Below, piece after piece: positions 9,303 through 18,256 of a stretch of DNA of 45,600 nt. The DNA is from a virus (taxonomy: Duplodnaviria; Caudoviricetes): positions 1-45,600 of IMG/VR virus record IMGVR_UViG_3300048599_000739; one strand, written 5' to 3'. Below the pieces are notes generated by a model. That model made no database searches. It was not told where the DNA came from and worked only from the letters and a program-made list of their open reading frames with translations. The translations under genes were made by a program, and so were the position numbers. The first letter of the stretch is position 1. Each line of letters opens with the position of its first letter.

Positions 9303-10606
9303 TATGCGGCTTCCTCGACCGTGAATTGACGACGCACGAGCGAATTATAATCTTGTGACCCTAACCCACCGCCAACATCATAACCTGACATCACCGCAAA
9401 AGTGTACGTATGCGAGCTTGTATCTGGCGCGGTCACTTCGAACCAGACATCCACTGTGCCCTCGACGTTGGAAGCCTTGCTCCAATCGATGGCGCTGCTC
9501 CCCGCATCGCGAAAAAGAGCACAGGAAGGCTTAAGGTCGATTGCTGCCCCGCCGGTGGCACCGTTCACGATGGAATATGAAGCGCGGTAGTGGAATCGCA
9601 GCACGGCACCTGTCTTCTTGGCCGCGAAGGCAAGTGTCACATTATCGATTATCCGTCGCTGGGATGTCGTCGGCGCTGTACCGCTCGAATTGACATAGAA
9701 TGTCGCGCCGGTTGGGGCCGTCGTTGAGCCCGAGACGGTAAATGCGGTTGATTTACGGTCGATCCAAGTTCCTGCGGCAGAAATCCAGGCAGACCCGTTG
9801 TAGCGATACTCTGTGCTGTCTCCCTTGTTAAAGGCCAGCCAGCCGTTGCCCGGATTGTAAATGGTGAAAGTATTCGCGACCTCGCAGATCGCGATCTTTA
9901 GCGCACTGCCGGCCCACGCCCCTGTCGGAGAGGGACCGATGATATAGGCCTCACCAACTGCCGCAGTGCCGGGTGGCGCATTCGTCGTCATGTTCTCAAC
10001 AATGACGCGGCGGCCAAAGTTGATGGCGGCAGAAAGCGGGACGGAGTTGGCGCCAATGACTAAATTGCCAAAACCAGATATCCACGCGCCGCCAGCATTG
10101 CGGTGATAGTAGGCGTCGATATCCTCGACATAGATCAGCCGGCCAACACCGAAATCGACGAATTCCCAGCCGCGCGCGGTCCAAACGCTGACCTCGTTAC
10201 TATGACCGGCCCACGCCCCGGTCGCGGCCGCAGCGATCAGATAGGCGTCCCCGATTGCCGGACTTCCGGGCGGCGCATTGAGTGACCGTGTCAGCACCGA
10301 ATATGCAGGCACTTCGGCAATGTCTGCGAGCTTGTAACGGCGGCCGTCGCTGGTGACGAGGCAGGTCAGGCCATCGTCATCGGTTGTGTGATCGGTGTCG
10401 TCGTAGGCAAAGACCCTGCCGCGGTAGAGGATATGATTGATCGCCGCACCCGTGACCGGGTCGACCGCGATCAGATCGCCTGCACTCTCGGATGAGGCGA
10501 GCACATAGGGAGCGCGAAGCTGTATCGTATCGCGCAGCAGAGTCTTGTCCACCGGTCCACTTCCAGTAGGAGGGACGGCAGCTTGAATGTCGTGATAAAC
10601 GGTCAT
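9302..10606 (-). CDS. Tail protein with two DUF2793-like domains
   Basis: Two copies of APPGxxAxGxAYxI...TGAWAG. Confidence 0.8.
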   Translation of the reverse strand: MTVYHDIQAAVPPTGSGPVDKTLLRDTIQLRAPYVLASSESAGDLIAVDPVTGAAINHILYRGRVFAYDDTDHTTDDDGLTCLVTSDGRRYKLADIAEVPAYSVLTRSLNAPPGSPAIGDAYLIAAAATGAWAGHSNEVSVWTARGWEFVDFGVGRLIYVEDIDAYYHRNAGGAWISGFGNLVIGANSVPLSAAINFGRRVIVENMTTNAPPGTAAVGEAYIIGPSPTGAWAGSALKIAICEVANTFTIYNPGNGWLAFNKGDSTEYRYNGSAWISAAGTWIDRKSTAFTVSGSTTAPTGATFYVNSSGTAPTTSQRRIIDNVTLAFAAKKTGAVLRFHYRASYSIVNGATGGAAIDLKPSCALFRDAGSSAIDWSKASNVEGTVDVWFEVTAPDTSSHTYTFAVMSGYDVGGGLGSQDYNSLVRRQFTVEEAA

Positions 10607-10607
10607 C

Positions 10608-12206
10608 TCAACTCGCGTTCAGGTCGGCAATTTCAAAGGGCAATTCATCATTCGCCGCGATCCAGGCGGTCTCGATCGACGGGTCATACTCGGATAGCGA
10701 AAGGTTGATCTTCGAAAAGCCGTCCGCAAATTCCCAGCTATCGACCAGATAGAGTCCATTCCCTGACGGAAAGAGCCTGCTATCGAAATTGACCGCGCCG
10801 TCGATCAGTTCTTCCTCGCATTCGGCCAGCAGCAGCACGTCGCATTGGCAGGTGATCTGACGAGCCGAGCGACCGCTGAGCAGGAAGGCCTTGGCCAGGC
10901 GTTGGGCGCGGCGATGGTCGAGCGTAAACGGCAAGTTCAGCGGCGCGTCGAGGACTTCACCGTCAGCCGCCTCTAGATCAGGCCGCTTGAGCACGGGCCC
11001 GTCAACGGTCTGATACTCGCGATCTGGCGCGACAAAACGTGTTTTGACCAGGTTGATAAGGTCGCGCTTGGGCTTGGCCTGCCGGATGCTGACCGGGCCG
11101 GTGAGCAGGCCATCATGAATTGTCGCGATAGCCCTGCGCGGCCGAGACGATGACACCCACACTTTGCCCGCGCTCTGCAGCACAAATCCTCGGTTTGCCG
11201 CGATCATGCCGGCGACCACCGTCGATGGCGGCTGGTTGAGCGTGACAACACCGTCGATCGTGTAACGCCGCTGATAGGTGCCATCGTTGCAATAGATGAG
11301 ATCGTCATCAAAATCAGCCGCAGCAACGACTTTGTCCCAATCCATCCGGCCGGGCTTGATCCGGCCGCCGTATCGCTGGGTCAGGTAGTGCGCCGTCACC
11401 AGGGAAGCATTGTTGCTATAGCGCCAGGTCGCCTTGGCTTCTTCAACAGAGTCTGGATCGTCCGGATTCCAGTTGAGGATCGTGCCGGCAATTCGAGGAT
11501 CCGGAACGGCCACGCCGTTAACCAGAAACAGCGGATTGGGCCGCTGCGCCTGCCCCCACAGGCGCACGAACTCTTCATAATTCGCGCCGTAGTGATAGCG
11601 GGCCACCGCCGTTGCAATACCCTGCTGGCGGAAGGTCGCATCGAGATGTGTCAGATCGGCGGCGAGCAGGCCGTCCAATGTCTGTGATGGCAGGCCGATC
11701 CGAAGCGACGCTTTGAGCCGATTCGGAAAGTCGGGCATCCCGTCGACCGGAATGGGGGTGAGAATGGTGTTCGGCGCCAACGCCGCGAACGACACTTCGT
11801 TCGTGCCTACCCACATCTTGCGGAATGCGGTGATCTGATCAGCACAAATCAGGAAGCCGTGATAGAGATATGGCGCCTTGACCACCTCGAAGAATAACGC
11901 GCCACCGACCTGTGCTTCGCCATAGATGATCCGTTTCGACGGGATCGGCTGCCGCTCATTGAATCGGTTGCCCTGTTCGCTTTGTGCGAAATTGGAGATC
12001 GGGCTGTTGCCGCGGCTTTGCAGCGCGCGGGCGAGATAGGAGGCGCCAATAGAAGCGCCTACCAAGATCGCCGAACCTACGAGACTTGCTGACCCGAAAC
12101 CAATCGCTGCGCCGGTCAACCCCTCAAACAGAGAGATCGCGCCAATGCCGATTGACACTGGATCTCGTGTCTCTCGTGATGTGGGCGGATGCCATGGATA
12201 TCTCAT
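10608..12206 (-). CDS. Central tail/host-specificity (J-like tail tip) protein
   Basis: KRIIYGEAQVGG, VPDPR, YSNNASL and RYTIDG motifs; ATG 12206 overlaps the upstream stop (ATGA). Confidence 0.8.
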   Translation of the reverse strand: MRYPWHPPTSRETRDPVSIGIGAISLFEGLTGAAIGFGSASLVGSAILVGASIGASYLARALQSRGNSPISNFAQSEQGNRFNERQPIPSKRIIYGEAQVGGALFFEVVKAPYLYHGFLICADQITAFRKMWVGTNEVSFAALAPNTILTPIPVDGMPDFPNRLKASLRIGLPSQTLDGLLAADLTHLDATFRQQGIATAVARYHYGANYEEFVRLWGQAQRPNPLFLVNGVAVPDPRIAGTILNWNPDDPDSVEEAKATWRYSNNASLVTAHYLTQRYGGRIKPGRMDWDKVVAAADFDDDLIYCNDGTYQRRYTIDGVVTLNQPPSTVVAGMIAANRGFVLQSAGKVWVSSSRPRRAIATIHDGLLTGPVSIRQAKPKRDLINLVKTRFVAPDREYQTVDGPVLKRPDLEAADGEVLDAPLNLPFTLDHRRAQRLAKAFLLSGRSARQITCQCDVLLLAECEEELIDGAVNFDSRLFPSGNGLYLVDSWEFADGFSKINLSLSEYDPSIETAWIAANDELPFEIADLNAS

Positions 12207-12634
12207 CCCAGCACCTTCCATGCGGCCCGCTGCTGACTGGCCCTTACCGCGACAAAGCCCCGCTCCGATCGCGCCACGAACCAGCCGCGCGCCCGGCACA
12301 GCGTCATGGTATAGACGCCGTCGATCTGCATGAGGCCGAGGTCGCCGGCGCGGGCATGACGCGGATCGACCTTGCGCCAGCCGTGCCGTCGCGCAGCCCG
12401 GCGCATCGCGGCCGGCAGCCCTCCCTTGCCAATCACGCGCAGCGCGCCGCGGCGCGTCCTGTAGCGCCCCCTGCCCGGTGCGGCCGGGTCGTAGCCCAAC
12501 ACCTGCCGAATAGGTTCGACGGCCCAGAGCGTGCAGTCGTCTACGCCCCATTCCGAGGCCCGGGTCATGGCGCTTGCCATCTGCTCGAGCACAGCGCGCT
12601 CGAGACGCTGGCGCACCGTCAGTTTGGCGTCCAC
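12203..12634 (-). CDS. Tail-tip NlpC/P60-like protein (DUF6950-like)
   Basis: WGVDDC motif, GRYRT, ARAGDL; position equivalent to lambda K. Confidence 0.7.
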   Translation of the reverse strand: MDAKLTVRQRLERAVLEQMASAMTRASEWGVDDCTLWAVEPIRQVLGYDPAAPGRGRYRTRRGALRVIGKGGLPAAMRRAARRHGWRKVDPRHARAGDLGLMQIDGVYTMTLCRARGWFVARSERGFVAVRASQQRAAWKVLG

Positions 12635-13176
12635 TGGACGTCCTGATTCTGTAGGGCCGGAATCATGTCGAGACCGGAATCATTCGGGTATCGAAGCTTC
12701 TGGTCTTCCGTCGACCACACCTCATCAATCGCGCGCTCCAATGTGTAGAATCCGGTGCGCGCCGTGATGACGACGGAAACCGATCCGTCCTCGCTCGCGT
12801 CGAAGGTCTGATAGTCCAACTCGGAATCGGCGATCAGCATGGGATCGCTGATGACCGTGTTGCCCTTGCCGATCCCAGCGAGCCAGACTTTTCCGCTGCG
12901 GTTGCGCACATCGCCATTCAGCTTCGCCGCGATGTCCTGGCTAATCCCAGACATTCGAAACTGGATTTCCTGGATGACAAGGTCCGAGGTCTGTTTGACC
13001 GGCGTCACCGTGCCGAGCGCGCCAGAGCCAACCCAGGTCTGGCCTCGCCAATACAGATTGCCGATTCCCGTCCAGAACCGGCCACACCCGTCCGGGTGAT
13101 CGATCTCGGCGAGCAAGGCGATAGGCTTCCGCCGGCGCAGGTGCTGCGCCATGCGGTAGGTCATCATCGGAGCCAT
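12619..13176 (-). CDS. Minor tail/hub protein
   Basis: RFWTGIGNL...W.GSGALG and DQKLRYPND.G motifs; synteny. Confidence 0.75.
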   Translation of the reverse strand: MAPMMTYRMAQHLRRRKPIALLAEIDHPDGCGRFWTGIGNLYWRGQTWVGSGALGTVTPVKQTSDLVIQEIQFRMSGISQDIAAKLNGDVRNRSGKVWLAGIGKGNTVISDPMLIADSELDYQTFDASEDGSVSVVITARTGFYTLERAIDEVWSTEDQKLRYPNDSGLDMIPALQNQDVQWTPN

Positions 13177-13904
13177 CAGACGTTCTCGATCGCTTCGACC
13201 AGCGAGAATCCGAAATTGGCGAGCAGCGGCGGCGTGATCTCGATCTCGCCCTGGCCGTCGTCAATCAGATGAAAGACCGACGTGGGATATTCCAGCACCA
13301 CCATGTCGCCGGCCGCCAGACCTGCGCGCAACGCCGGCCGGAACTGGATGCCGGTCTTGCCATCGGCATCGGTGTTGGCCTGTCGCACGATCTCATGCAG
13401 ACGCGGCACTCCATCCGCGATGCCGTTCGGTCGAAACTCGATCAAGTCTCCGGAGCGGAGCGCGCCGAGCGTGGATTGCAACAAGCCGCCTATCAGCACG
13501 AACGTGTCGCCACGCTCTGCCGGCGCGGTCAGATGGCCCGCGGTCGGCATCATGCCATCAAGCCAACCCGTGCCATCCGTGAACTTCGTGCCGTCCGAGA
13601 ACCACTGCTGACTAGCCTCGCGGCGCCGCTCCCGATTATAGCGACACTCGCTCCGCGACGGATCACCGATCCTGAGCAGGCCAGCCTGGCCGCCGAGCTG
13701 CGAGAAGAATGCAGAGATATCCGGCCACACATTTTCATCGGTCACCGAGGCCGTAAACTTCGGCATCCAGACCTGGGCGTGAGGCCCATACACCGCATTC
13801 CCGCCAGCCCATGGCCTCGCCGAGACTTGCGAAAACGAGCGAAGGTGGAATCGGAGGGTCGAGAACGCGTACCACTCGCGCCGATAGGTCTGGATATCCG
13901 TCAT
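13176..13904 (-). CDS. Distal tail protein
   Basis: Directly after the tape measure gene; FRPALR and FSLVEA motifs. Confidence 0.7.
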   Translation of the reverse strand: MTDIQTYRREWYAFSTLRFHLRSFSQVSARPWAGGNAVYGPHAQVWMPKFTASVTDENVWPDISAFFSQLGGQAGLLRIGDPSRSECRYNRERRREASQQWFSDGTKFTDGTGWLDGMMPTAGHLTAPAERGDTFVLIGGLLQSTLGALRSGDLIEFRPNGIADGVPRLHEIVRQANTDADGKTGIQFRPALRAGLAAGDMVVLEYPTSVFHLIDDGQGEIEITPPLLANFGFSLVEAIENV

Positions 13905-15991
13905 CGCTTCGCGCCTGGCGTATTGGCGTAATACTTCGTCATAACGCCCTGCACGTTCCTCTCGAAGTCGCGCTGCTGGCGAGCCATCGCGACCTCAAGG
14001 CGGGCTACCGCCGCAACGTCGGCACCGCGCGCGTCAACCTGAGGCGCGAAAGTGAACTGCATCGAAGGGGCCCTGTTATCGTTCTGCCCACGCGGAATGA
14101 CACGCTCACCACGCTGCAGGATCGCCGGGACCTCATCGACGCCGAGATGGTAGCGCGGGGCTTCGTGGAACAACGCCGCGGGGAAGGCGCCACGCTGAGT
14201 GCCGCCGCTACCGACAAGACCGCCGTCATGAAAGAACGTCGGCACCACCATTCCACCGGCCGCGCCGACGACGCCGACCGAGCCGGCCGATCCGCCAAAC
14301 CCGAGCAGCGAGCCTAAGCCGCCCAGAAGCCCGCCAGAACTCCCGCCAAAGGCATTACGCCAGAGGTTATCTGCGGCCATGCTCATTAGCTTATCAGCAA
14401 TCTTGCCCAACGCATTCACGCCGGCATTGCGGAAAGCGTCCCACGCGCTCGCGCCGTTGCGGAGTTGCTGGCCAAATTCAACTAAGAGCCCGCGATTAAC
14501 GTCCTGTCCAAGGTTCGACAGTTCGCGCATTCCGTTTGCCGCGCGCATCGCCGCGGCCTCCGTCGAGGACAGCGCAGCCGGAATGTCGTTGCCATAGATC
14601 GCCTTCAACTGAGAGGCGATCTGGACGTCTTCCTGCGTCAGGAAAGCGGTATTGCGGTCAAACCCAATCTGGTCGTTGATCCGGGCGCGCGCCAATTTCT
14701 CCGCGGTCTTCGCAGCTTCGTCCCCGGCCTTCGCGATCTGCTCACGATAGGCGTCAATGTTCTTGATACCCTTGTTGTAGAGAAAATCCTCCAGCAACAG
14801 CGTGGTCCGCATCTTTTCATGCGCGGCATCACTTTGCCCAACAGTGCGGGCCTCCGCTTCCATCGCGGCATTGCGGCGGCTTAGAGAGGCAAGCTGCTTG
14901 TCCCATGCCGAGGCGAGGTTTTCACCGCTCCGATCAGGTCGGAGTCCGATAGACGCACGCCCCTCATCGTTCAATTTTTTGCCGTCGAGCAGATCGAGCG
15001 ATGATCGAATGGCCTTGAGTTTTTCCGCTAGTTCGGATGCGCTACCGACGTTCTTGATCAGATCGATCGCGGCCTTCTGCAATTCGGGGTTTTGCAAGCC
15101 AATGCGAGCGACCTGATCGGCAAATTCCCTGACGTTCGGCGCGCCTTGGTCAAACCCATCCTTGAGGCGGAATATCGCATCCTCAAACGCCTGAAACTGC
15201 TCTTTGACCTGTTTCGTGCCAGAAAAGAAATCTCCGATGTTCCCGAAGGTCGTCGAATTGGAAATACCCTTCCCGACTTCCTCCCTGAGCTTTTGCTGAA
15301 GCTCAATTTCCTGCTGGAGCAATTGCAGGCGGGTGACATCCTTGCTCTGCTCGAAAAAGTTCTTTGCTGACTTCGTGGCATCGTCATAGCTGGCTTTGAC
15401 GATGCGAATAAGCCGATCCTGCTCCTGCAGGATCTTCTCCGTGGTCGGCGCGTTTCGGTTCAGATACCGATAGAGTTCTGTCGCAGCGGTCAGCACCGTA
15501 CCGAATCCGATGCCAAACAGGCCAAGAGCCTGAATGACTTGGCTGCTCGAACCGGCCCAAAGCCGATTTGCCTTGACGTTGTCGTTCGCCGCAGCGGCCG
15601 TCTTCTTCTGGCCCTGCTCCATATCGAACAGCGCGCCCGCCATCTTGGCGATCTTATCGGCGGCATCAGAATTTACATCGACGCCCGCCTTCTGGATCGC
15701 AGAGAGTTGCGCCCACTGCCTGCCTGTCGATTGAAGCCTCACAAATTGATTTGAAAGACTGTCGATGACCTTATTCGCGCCCTTGCCGTAGGAGCCCTGA
15801 TTTGCATCGGCATCCTTAAACGCGGACGCAAACGCCTTAACGGGGTCTTTGCTCTTGCCGGCGGCATCAGATGTTTTCTGCGCTGCGGCGGCAGCGCTGT
15901 TCGCGGACTTCGAAAAGCCGTCAAGGTCTTTCGTCGCGATTTTTACCTGCGATGAGTCTACCGCCAAGCCGAGGGTCGCGAGATCAGACAT
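13901..15991 (-). CDS. Tape measure protein
   Basis: 696 aa, Ala-rich helical; MSDLATLGLAVDSSQV start; FHDGG...EVPAILQRGERV C-terminus; AGGAGG RBS. Confidence 0.9.
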   Translation of the reverse strand: MSDLATLGLAVDSSQVKIATKDLDGFSKSANSAAAAAQKTSDAAGKSKDPVKAFASAFKDADANQGSYGKGANKVIDSLSNQFVRLQSTGRQWAQLSAIQKAGVDVNSDAADKIAKMAGALFDMEQGQKKTAAAANDNVKANRLWAGSSSQVIQALGLFGIGFGTVLTAATELYRYLNRNAPTTEKILQEQDRLIRIVKASYDDATKSAKNFFEQSKDVTRLQLLQQEIELQQKLREEVGKGISNSTTFGNIGDFFSGTKQVKEQFQAFEDAIFRLKDGFDQGAPNVREFADQVARIGLQNPELQKAAIDLIKNVGSASELAEKLKAIRSSLDLLDGKKLNDEGRASIGLRPDRSGENLASAWDKQLASLSRRNAAMEAEARTVGQSDAAHEKMRTTLLLEDFLYNKGIKNIDAYREQIAKAGDEAAKTAEKLARARINDQIGFDRNTAFLTQEDVQIASQLKAIYGNDIPAALSSTEAAAMRAANGMRELSNLGQDVNRGLLVEFGQQLRNGASAWDAFRNAGVNALGKIADKLMSMAADNLWRNAFGGSSGGLLGGLGSLLGFGGSAGSVGVVGAAGGMVVPTFFHDGGLVGSGGTQRGAFPAALFHEAPRYHLGVDEVPAILQRGERVIPRGQNDNRAPSMQFTFAPQVDARGADVAAVARLEVAMARQQRDFERNVQGVMTKYYANTPGAKR

Positions 15992-16349
15992 TCTGCACCC
16001 TCCTTTGTTTGTTCTTTACGGCCATGCGCTTCAAGTCCGCGAACAAGTCGGATTTTCCATCTGGCCTGGGCTGATTTGCTGGCCCATGGATGATCCGATT
16101 ATCCAGAGCGCGGATAGCTGTTAGTTCCCACGCCTTGAGGCGCGTCCCGTTGAGGACGCACCACGCGGCGATATCTGGAAATGAAATCGGGTCCGGGCCG
16201 TTGAATCCCGTACCTCGTGCATTGTGCAGATCGTGGAAGCAAATCCAGACGTGCTCGGCGCAGTCGGGAATGTCGATCGGTGTTTCCGGATTGGAAAGCT
16301 GAGCGCCGAGAGCTTCGACAAGCTCCGCGATCAGCTCTTGATAAAACCC
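15984..16349 (-). CDS. Tail assembly chaperone C-terminal (gpT-like) frame, reached by -1 frameshift; missing from the ORF track
   Basis: Slippery G GGT TTT at 16349-16343; the -1 frame is open for 119 codons (YQELIAEL...HVWICFHDLHNARGTGFNGPDPISFPDIAAW...WELTAIRALD) and stops overlapping the tape measure start. Confidence 0.85.
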   Translation of the reverse strand, partial: GFYQELIAELVEALGAQLSNPETPIDIPDCAEHVWICFHDLHNARGTGFNGPDPISFPDIAAWCVLNGTRLKAWELTAIRALDNRIIHGPANQPRPDGKSDLFADLKRMAVKNKQRRVQNV

Positions 16350-16720
16350 GCCCTGTCACCCACAGCGGCGTCGAGCTGCTCCCGGATGAACGGGTATTTG
16401 GCGAGAATTGCGGTCGCGTTCTCGTTGTTCAGCGCAACGGCTTCCCCGTTTTCGATCACGCCATCCCATGAGATGATCGAAGCCGCCGTGACCTTGAGCG
16501 CGTCGGCTTCGAGTTCCGCAGCGGTGAGCCGCTTATTGCGGGACATGCTGAGACGATCGTTGTTGATCGCATTCCGCGCCTTCTTCTGGCGGTCGCTATC
16601 CGGTCCGGCAACTTTGACAGTGATGCCGAGGCTTTCGCCCGTCTTGGGATGCAGGATGACGACGTCGATACCGTCGTCCTGAGCCTTGGCAAGGTCGGCG
16701 AATTGAGCAAGATCGGTCAT
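16331..16720 (-). CDS. Tail assembly chaperone (gpG-like)
   Basis: LHPKTGE...VAGPDS motif; between tail tube and tape measure; AGGAG RBS. Confidence 0.85.
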   Translation of the reverse strand: MTDLAQFADLAKAQDDGIDVVILHPKTGESLGITVKVAGPDSDRQKKARNAINNDRLSMSRNKRLTAAELEADALKVTAASIISWDGVIENGEAVALNNENATAILAKYPFIREQLDAAVGDRAGFIKS

Positions 16721-16729
16721 GGATACTCC

Positions 16730-17170
16730 TTACGGCGCGTCGGTGTAGACCAGCGAGGTCGGGCGGATCGAGATCGAAGTCACGATCTGCTTCAGGGCTT
16801 CCGGACCGCCGAAGTTCGGGCCATAGCCAAAGCATTCTCCCTTCCAAGTGATCTTTGCTCCATCGTTTTCCACGATTTTGAAGTTGTAGAGCGTGCCGCG
16901 CGCTGCGTCCGATGCGTCCTTGAGATCCTGCTGACCCGGATCATCCGCATTCTTGTTCAGCGTGATCTCGAAGTTCGGGAACGAGCGCTGGCCCTTCAGG
17001 GTGTAATCGTCGCCGTCTCCGATCGACGACACCGTAACCGCATTGAAAGTTTGCGAGATGTTGCCGAGCGAGGCGATATCCTTGATCTCGACCCACGGAT
17101 CGGGCGACGCCACCGGCGTTCCAGGATCGGTGATGTAGAGTTTGGTGCCCGAAACGGTCCCAACACCCAT
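16730..17170 (-). CDS. Major tail tube protein
   Basis: GTKLYI, WVEIKDI and DPGQQ.L motifs; AGGAG RBS. Confidence 0.85.
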   Translation of the reverse strand: MGVGTVSGTKLYITDPGTPVASPDPWVEIKDIASLGNISQTFNAVTVSSIGDGDDYTLKGQRSFPNFEITLNKNADDPGQQDLKDASDAARGTLYNFKIVENDGAKITWKGECFGYGPNFGGPEALKQIVTSISIRPTSLVYTDAP

Positions 17171-17197
17171 GACAGTTCTCCTTCAGATGATGGCCGT

Positions 17198-17629
17198 TCA
17201 GGCCGTTGCGAAACCTTCGTAGTTGATGGTTATCGGAATTTGCGCCCAACCGTCCGCGACGATCATTGGCCCGCGCGACGGGCGGCGAGAAACCCGCACT
17301 GTGAAGCCGTCCTTGGTCATGGCCGTGCCACGGTCGAAATATTCGATGACAGCACTGGCAATCCGTCCCGGCGCGTACTCGCCCGCCCCGGCGCCATGAA
17401 ACACGTCGATTTGCAGCAAGCCGTAGTAGCGATCTGAACCACCCCCGACCGGAAGCGTTGCCGTAGGGGCCGGCAGAAACGTCGCCCGCAGCCATTTCAC
17501 GTTCTGCCCCGCAGTCGGCGGCGTGAACGCAATGTTCGGGAGCGAAATTGCGATGCCTTGGGCTGTCGCGAAGGCCTGCGCCCGTGCTATCAGGGCCATG
17601 TTCACGGCCACTTCGACAGGTTCAGCCAT
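17198..17629 (-). CDS. Tail terminator protein (DUF4128-like)
   Basis: PNIAFTPP, WLRA and GLLQIDVF motifs. Confidence 0.8.
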   Translation of the reverse strand: MAEPVEVAVNMALIARAQAFATAQGIAISLPNIAFTPPTAGQNVKWLRATFLPAPTATLPVGGGSDRYYGLLQIDVFHGAGAGEYAPGRIASAVIEYFDRGTAMTKDGFTVRVSRRPSRGPMIVADGWAQIPITINYEGFATA

Positions 17630-17850
17630 TGCCTAAAGCATCCGATCAAGAGGTTATTGCCCTGCTGCGATCCGCAATGGACGCGCTGGGCTATCAGGAA
17701 GGCGAAACCAATAGAGGCGATACCGCGCTCACCACTGCGAGAACGGCTCTTGTGATGCTTGCCGCCAGTCTGACCGGCGCTATCCAGATGGACGAGAACG
17801 AACTACGTGGCGTTATTGAGCCGAGGATCGAGCCTTCGCCTCGGCAGTGA
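17629..17850 (+). CDS. Possible small antisense ORF (73 aa from TTG 17629)
   Basis: Fills the 183-bp gap between tail genes; amphipathic helical translation; no clear RBS. Confidence 0.35.
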   Translation: MPKASDQEVIALLRSAMDALGYQEGETNRGDTALTTARTALVMLAASLTGAIQMDENELRGVIEPRIEPSPRQ

Positions 17851-18256
17851 CTTGATCCACGGTGTGCTGCCATTGAGCAGCCGCGAGCCTCACGAACCCC
17901 GATGGCGCTTGCTTTGAGTGTCCAAATTCGAGCGGGAGCATGTAGGCGGCGGTCCATCCGACATAGATGGTCTGGCCCAGCGTCGCTCCATTGATGACCA
18001 AGACCACCTGCCCGAAGGCGTTTGTGCTGTAGGTCTGCCCCTTCTCGCCCTTTTTGTTGGGGTTGATCTGCGGCATCGATTCCGTCGACGCCTGAATGCT
18101 ATCCTTGGCGAAGCCGGTATCGATCGGAACACCGTTGTTCGCGATAGATGCGACGCGTTTGGTGCTTTCTCGAAACACCGCCGTCATCCGCTGTTCGGTT
18201 TGCTTCACCCAATCGTCAATGGACGCCGCAAAGTTTTTGTTCTCGACGACACTCAT
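17813..18256 (-). CDS. HK97 gp10-like tail completion protein
   Basis: PIDTG, YMLPLEFGHSKQAPSGFVR. Confidence 0.85.
   Translation of the reverse strand: MSVVENKNFAASIDDWVKQTEQRMTAVFRESTKRVASIANNGVPIDTGFAKDSIQASTESMPQINPNKKGEKGQTYSTNAFGQVVLVINGATLGQTIYVGWTAAYMLPLEFGHSKQAPSGFVRLAAAQWQHTVDQVTAEAKARSSAQ

Noticed and set aside
12207-12551. Arg-rich N-terminal extension of the 647-aa tail ORF
   Set aside because: Overlaps the NlpC-like gene in another frame; the ATGA-coupled start at 12206 fits better
16099-16359. Listed minus-strand ORFs of 86 and 66 aa between TAC and tape measure
   Set aside because: The third, start-less frame carries the recognisable chaperone motif and follows the slippery site
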